Translations under genes and position numbers: made by a program | The notes under the pieces: model-generated | Told to the model about the DNA's origin: nothing | The model's input: the letters and a program-made list of their open reading frames with translations, nothing else | Databases searched by the model: none | Shown: in pieces, positions 1 to 7,120 of the stretch | Layout: each line of letters starts with the position of its first letter | Position numbering within the stretch: the stretch's first letter is position 1 | Source: a virus | Taxonomy: Duplodnaviria; Caudoviricetes | DNA length: 57,494 nt | IMG/VR virus record: IMGVR_UViG_3300049032_000056 | Span: 1 to 57,494 of that record | Reading direction: 5' to 3' (one strand)

Positions 1-127
1 AGAACAAGCAACCAAAAACGACACAGATAATGGAACGCAAACCGTGGCAACAGAAGGCGGGAACGCAGACAGTTCAAAAGATTCCGGTCAGTAGCGGCCC
101 GATCCCTCACAAAGTAGGTAAGGGAAC
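1..127. repeat. Terminal direct repeat, identical to 57368..57494 (circular assembly overlap)
   Basis: Exact 127-nt match of the window start and end; ORFs read continuously across the join. Confidence 0.97.
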
Positions 128-167
128 GAAGAAGCCTGCTGATTTCATCGCAAAAGCTATTAAGTAA
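30..167 (+). CDS. Small basic hypothetical protein, 45 aa (MERKPWQQKAG...AKAIK), not in the ORF track
   Basis: ATG at 30, TAA at 165-167, 1 nt before the next ATG; overlaps the 57102 ORF across the join. Confidence 0.45.
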   Translation: MERKPWQQKAGTQTVQKIPVSSGPIPHKVGKGTKKPADFIAKAIK

Positions 168-168
168 C

Positions 169-336
169 ATGGCAAAGCAAAAGATTCTTACAATAGAGCA
201 CAAGGACTCGCTGGTACGTGACGATATCACGCAGGAAGAGTTTGATGGCTTACAGCCACGCATTCAGCGAATGTATAAAGTGGTAAAAGAGCGTGACGCA
301 GCAGAAGCCCCGGCGGAAGTTGCTAAACCAAAATAA
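169..336 (+). CDS. Small head-region protein, 55 aa (MAKQKILTIEHKDSLVRDDITQEEF...), not in the ORF track
   Basis: ATG at 169 to TAA at 336; resembles the N-terminus of 57102..57461. Confidence 0.75.
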   Translation: MAKQKILTIEHKDSLVRDDITQEEFDGLQPRIQRMYKVVKERDAAEAPAEVAKPK

Positions 337-459
337 TCGGGAACCCTACCGTACAGGGGAAAGAGTTTGGGTTGACTACCCGTAACAGGTCTTTTCAAAA
401 TAATTAAACCACTTGGCAGAAGTGCCGTAAACTTTTGGGTGTGAATCCCGTATCATTCT
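337..459 (+). promoter_or_regulatory. Leader with 3-4 tandem TTGG-(stem-loop)-CCGTA(A) motifs
   Basis: CCGTA at 349, 380, 425 and 448; the last three close clear GG..CC hairpins. Confidence 0.55.
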
Positions 460-1371
460 ATGGAACTAAACGAAGTTGCTAAAAACTTGCTGGCCGCGAT
501 TCTCAATGTAAGCCCCGATAAAGTGGCTGAAATGGCAGAGTCAGAAGAAGCGGAACAGCAATTCAAGGAACTGAACGCAACGAATTTGAAAAAGAGGTTT
601 GACGACGGACACAAGAAAGGAGTCAAATTTTCATCCAAAGAGTATATTGCAGCATTAAAATCGTCTTTGGACGTAGATGTGAGCGGTGAATCCCCGGAAG
701 ATATTGCAAATTCGATCAAGGAAGCGTTATCAGACCGCGACGCAGACGATATTTCGGAAGAAGCTGTAAAGGCCCACCCGTTATTCAAAGCGGAATCGGA
801 GAAAAGCCTCAAACTTGAACAGAGTTTCAATAAAGAGGTAGAGAAGAAAGCGAAGGTGTTAGTAAAGGAAAAGGAAACAGAGTTTGAAAGGAAGCTGAAA
901 GAAGCCAAGCGAAGCGGGTTTTTAACCGAAGCGGAAATGGCGGCAGAAAAGTGGCTCACTGAAAACAATGCAATCCTTTCCCCTGATCCCGAAAAGCGCA
1001 AGAAGCAGATCAAGGAACTCGCTAAAAAGCTGGATGCCTACGATCTGGACAAGGATGAAGACGGTCAATTCTTGATCAGCCAAGGCGCAACCCCGGTACT
1101 GAATAAAGAAGGCCACAACGCAAGCCTGTCAGACGTTTTTCAGGAGTACGACTACCTTTACAACTTCCAAACAGTTCAGCAACGCCAAAGCACAGGCATT
1201 AACCCAAATGCTCCGTCAAGCGGAAACAATGGGTTTAAGCATTACAAAGGTGAAGTTCCAAAAGATGAAGCAGGGATGAACGAATTGCGGACTAAGAAGC
1301 TTTACGGCGAATTGACCGCAGACGCATACAAGGAAGTTGAGGCGGCTTATGTAGCCAGCAAAACAGCGTAA
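460..1371 (+). CDS. Capsid scaffolding protein
   Basis: Highly charged, helical/coiled-coil, 303 aa, immediately upstream of the major capsid gene. Confidence 0.75.
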   Translation: MELNEVAKNLLAAILNVSPDKVAEMAESEEAEQQFKELNATNLKKRFDDGHKKGVKFSSKEYIAALKSSLDVDVSGESPEDIANSIKEALSDRDADDISEEAVKAHPLFKAESEKSLKLEQSFNKEVEKKAKVLVKEKETEFERKLKEAKRSGFLTEAEMAAEKWLTENNAILSPDPEKRKKQIKELAKKLDAYDLDKDEDGQFLISQGATPVLNKEGHNASLSDVFQEYDYLYNFQTVQQRQSTGINPNAPSSGNNGFKHYKGEVPKDEAGMNELRTKKLYGELTADAYKEVEAAYVASKTA

Positions 1372-1376
1372 CTTAA

Positions 1377-2489
1377 ATGGCACTTGGAGACTTTTCACCA
1401 TCAGCAATGCCCAAGCTCCTTGTGAGTCTGGATGATGCAACGACCGATTCACGCGTTCAGCAGCGTCAAGACCTGATGCCGGAATTGGGGATCATTGAAA
1501 TGATCAAAAATATTGAAACCGCAAACTGGAATTCAGTTCGCCCGGCAGATCGTTATTGCGAAGAGTTTGACGTTGCATGGCTTGAAGAAAGCGACACCGA
1601 AGCGGTTGTAGCAACAGGGCAAACGATGATTCACCGCCCCTTGTGTACAATCGATGGGGAAGAGCTTCAATCTGTTAAAACGTCCTACAAAATTGACAAA
1701 ACCGTAACATCTACCCTTAAAGTTAAGGATGAGGATTGCGGCAATATGTACGATTGGAACTCGAAAGTTCAACTTGGACTGAAACAGAGCTTTAAGAAAC
1801 TGCTGGTTGGTTTGGCGCAAGCCCTTCCCGCTTACGTGGATGCTTATTCAGGCGACAATCAATTGAATACGGCAGGATGGAACGGCCAGGCATGGAACAT
1901 TGGTTCGGCCAACGGTGCGTTTACCGAAATCGAGCCTTCGGATCTGACAGCAAACAAAGTCATTCCTTATTTGACAATGCTTGCTCAGATGAACAAACTA
2001 CAAAGCCCAGGTATCGTAGACGGCGGGTTGCTGTTTATGGACTACTGGAATGCACAAGCACAGGCCGGAACCGGAGCGGGGGACATTGGCAATGCCAACT
2101 TCTGGGCTCTGTGGAAAAACCGTTACGAGCTTGATGTTGTGAACATGGCAGCCGCTGGCTACCTGAACGCGGCGTTTGTGATTGATCAAGGTGCGCTTGC
2201 TTTGCCTATCGTTTCTTTCTTCCCACGCTTGGGCAGCGGAGAAAACGAAGTTGTGGCGAACAAATACATTTACTCTGTGCCTATCCCAGGTTACACACTT
2301 GGAGGCAACCCGGTTTATGTGGATATCACCTACACCAGGGCAGAAGAAGCAATCGCAGGCGGATCAGGACGTTGCCAAATCGTTCACACATTCCACATGC
2401 AATTGAAATTCAACCTGTGGCGTGCTCCGAAATACACTAGCGACACCACTACCGGTATCGTTACGTTGAAAGCTGGCGCGGCAGTATAA
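1377..2489 (+). CDS. Major capsid protein
   Basis: 370 aa, follows the scaffold in portal-head-scaffold-MCP order; composition fits an HK97-fold MCP. Confidence 0.75.
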   Translation: MALGDFSPSAMPKLLVSLDDATTDSRVQQRQDLMPELGIIEMIKNIETANWNSVRPADRYCEEFDVAWLEESDTEAVVATGQTMIHRPLCTIDGEELQSVKTSYKIDKTVTSTLKVKDEDCGNMYDWNSKVQLGLKQSFKKLLVGLAQALPAYVDAYSGDNQLNTAGWNGQAWNIGSANGAFTEIEPSDLTANKVIPYLTMLAQMNKLQSPGIVDGGLLFMDYWNAQAQAGTGAGDIGNANFWALWKNRYELDVVNMAAAGYLNAAFVIDQGALALPIVSFFPRLGSGENEVVANKYIYSVPIPGYTLGGNPVYVDITYTRAEEAIAGGSGRCQIVHTFHMQLKFNLWRAPKYTSDTTTGIVTLKAGAAV

Positions 2490-2498
2490 ACATAGCTT

Positions 2499-2807
2499 AT
2501 GGCTTCAACCTGCTACGACGTTTGGAGGAAACAGATTAACTCCAAAGGACAGTTAAAATGGGTGAATGAGGGACGTGCGCCAGACGGTGCATGTCCTGAC
2601 TGCCCACAAGCACAGTACCCGGCAGCCGGAACTTGGAACGGATATACCGCTGGTTGTCAGAATGGCAGCATTGTCAAATTTGTTGCAGACGGATCGGGCG
2701 GATTGATGCCGGGAGACGTGATTCAGGCAAGCGGAACGCCCAAAGCTATTGCAGCTTGCAATAATAGTTGGTATATTGGCACCGGCCCAATAAGCAACTA
2801 CTTTTAG
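2499..2807 (+). CDS. Small Cys-rich protein, possible capsid decoration
   Basis: 102 aa; carries a C..AGT...C...FVADGSGG module also seen in tail proteins. Confidence 0.6.
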   Translation: MASTCYDVWRKQINSKGQLKWVNEGRAPDGACPDCPQAQYPAAGTWNGYTAGCQNGSIVKFVADGSGGLMPGDVIQASGTPKAIAACNNSWYIGTGPISNYF

Positions 2808-3440
2808 ATGACTGCAATTTCCGAAATACTTTTAGTCAACAAGGTATTCGAATTGATCGATTACCAACCCGAAACGGCGCAGAAGTTGTATCTCGATATG
2901 ACGGAAAACGCCGTTTTTGATGCTTCTATGGTATCCGATAAGCGAGGGGATCTACTTGCTACTGAGGATACATCCTACATAAACATTGTCAATCAGGGAC
3001 GGATAAGTGAAACCGCGTGGGCGACTACGTTTAGCAGTCAGGCGCAGGCTACGTTATCGGCGTTACAGGAAGATATCGCGGCAATACTTGGTGTAGATAC
3101 TAACCAGTTCGAACCCTGGCAGTGTACGCGTTATTACGTAGGCGGCAAGTTTGATTATCACGACGATTGCGGAAATTGGGGGAGCAACGAACGCCTTTAC
3201 ACTGTGATGTATACCGTTCGCGCGGCTGATGTTGGTGGCGGCACTCATTTTGATCGTTTAGGGATCACGGTAAGTAGTCAGTTTGCAAAACTACTGATTT
3301 GGCGAAACCTAAATGAGGACTATCTTTGTGATGGAATGGCCCGTCACGCTGGTCTGCCCGTTGGCGGTGACGCTCATGAGCTGTTTGATGAGAAAATGAT
3401 TCTTGTAACCTGGATAAGACGATTTGAATATGTACCCTGA
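2808..3440 (+). CDS. 2OG-Fe(II) dioxygenase, prolyl 4-hydroxylase-like
   Basis: EPWQCTRY..GGKFDYHDD (HxD), R.YTVMY, GGGT.F, HAGLPV and distal K..LVTWIR follow the P4H catalytic pattern. Confidence 0.88.
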   Translation: MTAISEILLVNKVFELIDYQPETAQKLYLDMTENAVFDASMVSDKRGDLLATEDTSYINIVNQGRISETAWATTFSSQAQATLSALQEDIAAILGVDTNQFEPWQCTRYYVGGKFDYHDDCGNWGSNERLYTVMYTVRAADVGGGTHFDRLGITVSSQFAKLLIWRNLNEDYLCDGMARHAGLPVGGDAHELFDEKMILVTWIRRFEYVP

Positions 3441-4452
3441 TTGTTTAAAAGATATTGTTGGCCTTGTCCGGGATGGTTCAAAATGCTTGGAAGGAACAAC
3501 CATTTCCAATGTCTCCACAATCGATCTGTTTGTTGATCAAGATCCTTCGTATGACACATGCCGGTTTAAAGGCGGCGAGGTAATATGTAAGCTCATTGAA
3601 TTGATGAACGACAGGCGCGAAGAGGCTCTTAAAGCCATTACGCGTGATGTTGGCGCTATCCTGATGGGTAAGGTTAAAGCCCGGACTGATTTTAGCACCT
3701 TTATAGGCCAGAACAGTTTCAGTAGTGACTACTCACCGAGCCTTGTTCCTGCCAACCCATCTATTGAGATTTACACAGAGTACCAGCCAGGCGCGTACAT
3801 ACGCATTGACCGGATTGCTTTGATGATATACCCGAAAGCGGGAACAATCACCGTGCCGCTTCAAATATACCGTGTGTACGGCGAGAATGATGCCGTGTTG
3901 ATACATACATACAACATTGAGGTAGCGCGTCGCTCTACAACCTTAAATCCGGTCTTATCTTTCAATATCCCATGCGACGGCTTGACTTACCGTATTCAGT
4001 ACGAATTCCATGAGCAAACGATGACTGTGCCAATGTCTAACATTGAGTGCGGCTGTGGTGATCAATTGAGACAAGCACGCGGATTCCGCCTTGTGAACAA
4101 CCAGAAGTCATACGGAATAAGCCTGTGGGTTACCTACAAATGCTACGACGGGCAGGTGATCTGCAATTTACTTCGCGATGAGACGTACAGGCTCGTTATC
4201 GGGAATATGATCCGCCGTCAGATCCTTGTAATGATCATGCAGCGTATTTATGACAGCCAGGAGGTTAACCGGTACACCTTACTTTCATCGGAGGATATGG
4301 TCAACCGGATTGAGGCTTACAACCTGGAATACAATGAAAACCTGCGTTGGCTGTCAGAGCAACGAGAATACGATTTAGGGGACGGCTTTTGCCTGACCTG
4401 TGGGAGCGGCGGTAGTGGAATGAGGAAAGTTAACCTTTTGACGGGAGTGTAA
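3430..4452 (+). CDS. Putative head-tail connector/structural protein
   Basis: Position after the MCP; about 340 aa, Cys-rich; ATG at 3430. Confidence 0.5.
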   Translation: MYPDCLKDIVGLVRDGSKCLEGTTISNVSTIDLFVDQDPSYDTCRFKGGEVICKLIELMNDRREEALKAITRDVGAILMGKVKARTDFSTFIGQNSFSSDYSPSLVPANPSIEIYTEYQPGAYIRIDRIALMIYPKAGTITVPLQIYRVYGENDAVLIHTYNIEVARRSTTLNPVLSFNIPCDGLTYRIQYEFHEQTMTVPMSNIECGCGDQLRQARGFRLVNNQKSYGISLWVTYKCYDGQVICNLLRDETYRLVIGNMIRRQILVMIMQRIYDSQEVNRYTLLSSEDMVNRIEAYNLEYNENLRWLSEQREYDLGDGFCLTCGSGGSGMRKVNLLTGV

Positions 4453-4458
4453 AATTGC

Positions 4459-4992
4459 ATGAGCCTTGACGAATTCATAGCAAAGATGAAGAGCGACATA
4501 GAGATTCTTACTCGTGCCGCGCCGTCTATGTCCAATGAAATCGCAGAGTCAAGCCTTACGATGATCAAAGACCGGTCAATCAACGAAGGTATCAACATTG
4601 ACGGCAACGCTAACGAAAAGGCAGAGTATTCAACCCGCCCTACACGCACCGACAAATTCAGAAAGAATATTCTCAACAAAGCCGGGGATTCGTACATACA
4701 GGCCAATTTAATGGGTACATGGCACGGATTCAGAAAAGCACAGGGGTTAAGCAGTGCAAAAGTTAATCTGAGCTACACCAATGATATGTGGAGCAAAATA
4801 CAGGTTCTTAGCACGAACGAAACATCACCCGGAAAAGCTGAAACGACTGTCGGCACTTACGACGCTGAGACTTGGAAGAAAATGCAGTCCAATGAGTTCC
4901 GCTTTGGTGAGTTCCTTGTCCCGCTTCCAGAAGAGGTTCAGCTTGCGGAAGAAGTTTTGCAGGAAAAAATACTTAAATTACTGCGGCAATAA
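4459..4992 (+). CDS. Neck/tail completion (virion morphogenesis) protein
   Basis: Synteny plus a VNLSYTNDMW..I motif typical of tail completion proteins. Confidence 0.6.
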   Translation: MSLDEFIAKMKSDIEILTRAAPSMSNEIAESSLTMIKDRSINEGINIDGNANEKAEYSTRPTRTDKFRKNILNKAGDSYIQANLMGTWHGFRKAQGLSSAKVNLSYTNDMWSKIQVLSTNETSPGKAETTVGTYDAETWKKMQSNEFRFGEFLVPLPEEVQLAEEVLQEKILKLLRQ

Positions 4993-4994
4993 CA

Positions 4995-5261
4995 GTGTAT
5001 ATCAAGGTTCGAGATATAGTATCCAAGTGTACGGAGAAATCCGAGGGGATACGTGTCTACGAAAAATGTCAGTATTCGCTCTCTGAAAATATCATAAGCA
5101 TTGACTTTGACGGGGTGATGCAAGTAACCGACGAATTTGTTTTTGCATTGTTAGGAGAGATTGCCAAGCAGGATAAAACCGTAATCAACCGCATTCAGTA
5201 TGTCAGAATCCAGACTTATATCAAAACCCGGTTTAAAAGAGCGAGTAAGCGGCTCGCTTAA
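4995..5261 (+). CDS. STAS-like domain protein (DUF4325-like)
   Basis: 88 aa with EG..VY, ISIDFDGV..VT.EF...LLG pattern. Confidence 0.65.
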   Translation: MYIKVRDIVSKCTEKSEGIRVYEKCQYSLSENIISIDFDGVMQVTDEFVFALLGEIAKQDKTVINRIQYVRIQTYIKTRFKRASKRLA

Positions 5262-5448
5262 ATGGATCAGGGCGTTTTTCCTTATCTGTCTGGCATATAT
5301 TGTCATGTTGCTTGCCAGGGTGTGCGTATCGGTGGCAATTGTGCTGTTCGCGGTGGTGATGTTATTGTTTAACATACTGTTCGGATCGGTCAGCGCCGGT
5401 AATGCAATCATTGCCTTTGGCGAAGCACTTAAAAAACACAGGATATGA
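5200..5448 (+). CDS. Small membrane protein
   Basis: Long hydrophobic segment; ATGA coupling to the next gene. Confidence 0.55.
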   Translation: MSESRLISKPGLKERVSGSLKWIRAFFLICLAYIVMLLARVCVSVAIVLFAVVMLLFNILFGSVSAGNAIIAFGEALKKHRI

Positions 5449-6056
5449 CCCACGAAATTGCAAAGGTGCTTGCCGGATCATTGCGGCCCCTATATAATCA
5501 GGAGTTGATAAGCGTATTGGTGGGGTTGGTCAAGTTGGTTACGCAGGATCGCGACAACAGGACGATCCGATTCCCAATTCCTTATGACTTTGATGCTGCG
5601 GCGGTGCAAATGGAGAATGTGGATGTGATTCCAGATCAAAAACACAGGGCTATCGTATATTTTGAAGGGGATAGTTCAGATTTGACCTCCTTTGAGCCAA
5701 AGAGCAGCCGCGCCAGGACAGACTTGCGGCTTGTTTGCTGGTACAATAGCATGGCTTACCAAGTGCCGGATGGCAACAGGGAGACAATCCATGCGGTTCT
5801 TGTATCGCAGATCCTTACACACCTTAAAGCGGCAAGGCCAACGCAGAACGGGATCGTTGCGGCGTTCAAAATAGAGCCCACAAGGATTTATGACAGCGCA
5901 CAGTCGCTGTTCACCAAGTATTCATACCACCAGACGCGCGGACAATACCTTCAATCTCCGTATTTTGCCTTCGGGATAGATGTTACAGTGACTTATCAGA
6001 TCAATCATGGATGCACAACAACACTTATTGCTGTCGAGCCTGATAACTGCTGTTAG
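5445..6056 (+). CDS. Putative tail terminator protein
   Basis: Synteny; about 200 aa alpha/beta protein. Confidence 0.5.
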   Translation: MTHEIAKVLAGSLRPLYNQELISVLVGLVKLVTQDRDNRTIRFPIPYDFDAAAVQMENVDVIPDQKHRAIVYFEGDSSDLTSFEPKSSRARTDLRLVCWYNSMAYQVPDGNRETIHAVLVSQILTHLKAARPTQNGIVAAFKIEPTRIYDSAQSLFTKYSYHQTRGQYLQSPYFAFGIDVTVTYQINHGCTTTLIAVEPDNCC

Positions 6057-6393
6057 TATCGGCATCGCTTCGGGCGTAATGGGATCGGTTTACGTGTTTA
6101 AGCTAACACAGCCGGGGCATATATTAGGCGGATGGGCGCGTGTCCTTACAAACGTAGTAAGGTATATTATTAGCAAGACAACTAACGATGAATGGAAGCG
6201 CACCGAGCGGGAAGAGTACTGGTTAAAACCGGTTTTGACCTGTGAATTATGCGTTTCAGGACAGATAGCATTGTGGACGTGGGTTTATACCCTGTTTTAT
6301 TCTTTCAGCTTTTTTAGCGTAACTTTTGGCTTAATTTTCTGTATATGTCAAGCAATCCTGACGGCGTGGCTGATAGCCAAGTTGGAGAAGTAG
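6007..6393 (+). CDS. Membrane protein with CxxC (DUF1360-like)
   Basis: About three TM segments; KPVLTCELCVSGQ motif. Confidence 0.6.
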   Translation: MDAQQHLLLSSLITAVSIGIASGVMGSVYVFKLTQPGHILGGWARVLTNVVRYIISKTTNDEWKRTEREEYWLKPVLTCELCVSGQIALWTWVYTLFYSFSFFSVTFGLIFCICQAILTAWLIAKLEK

Positions 6394-6893
6394 TAGAAAC
6401 ACCAATTATTCAGTTGCCCGACAAGACCCGGTTCTTTGAGGCTGGTGGGTGTAAGTACCAAGTAGAGGAAGAAATAACGGTAGGGCGCTATAAGCACTAT
6501 CAGCAAATGGAAGTGCAGTTAGGTTTCACGGTTTCCTTTTCGTCGCTGGTGGATATGATGAAAGGGGCTTACTCCGCATTGAATGAACGTCGGGATGCAG
6601 ACGCGGCAGTCCTGATAAAACAAATGCTGGAAGGAGCTACGCTTATCGTTGAGAAAAAACCAATTGCTTTATACGTCGCAACACTGTTTATTAACAGGCC
6701 GGATGAGAACCGGGCGGAATGGAGTCAGGCGCTGGCCGAGGAAAAGATTAAGCACTGGGAGAATATAGATGCCAATTTTTTTTTAGGGTCAGCTCTCGCG
6801 TGGGTGAGAAGATTTCCAGAGAAATACAAAGAAATAGCTCAGATGCTACAAAAAGTAAGTCAGGTAAAAAGTCAAATGGAGTCGTACGAGTAA
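6345..6893 (+). CDS. Tail assembly chaperone (gpG-like)
   Basis: Lies upstream of the tape measure gene; contains a T9 slippery run at 6776-6784. Confidence 0.75.
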   Translation: MSSNPDGVADSQVGEVVETPIIQLPDKTRFFEAGGCKYQVEEEITVGRYKHYQQMEVQLGFTVSFSSLVDMMKGAYSALNERRDADAAVLIKQMLEGATLIVEKKPIALYVATLFINRPDENRAEWSQALAEEKIKHWENIDANFFLGSALAWVRRFPEKYKEIAQMLQKVSQVKSQMESYE

Positions 6894-7120
6894 GGCGGGA
6901 TGAGGACGGCAATAAGGTCGAGATATACGCCGGACTGATGACACACATGAGGGAGGTTCACGATTACTGGTCACACATTCAGCAGTCATTGTCGGATGTG
7001 TTTTCGATAACAGAGCAGAACAGAATGAATATTATTGAGTTCCTGAGACATCAAAGGATTTGGGAAAAACGGGCCAGGCAGCGCTTGGAACACATGAAGT
7101 CGAAAAATGGCAAACGTTGA
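6776..7120 (+). CDS. Tail assembly chaperone -1 frame extension (gpGT-like)
   Basis: The -1 frame is open from 6752 through the slippery site to 7120. Confidence 0.7.
   Translation, partial: FFFRVSSRVGEKISREIQRNSSDATKSKSGKKSNGVVRVRRDEDGNKVEIYAGLMTHMREVHDYWSHIQQSLSDVFSITEQNRMNIIEFLRHQRIWEKRARQRLEHMKSKNGKR

Noticed and set aside
1-127. 127-bp terminal repeat as a biological DTR
   Set aside because: The length equals a common assembler k-mer and the repeat falls mid-gene, so it is best explained as a circularisation overlap.
337-459. CRISPR or mini-CRISPR array
   Set aside because: The conserved parts are only 4-6 nt, spacing is irregular and no cas genes are present.
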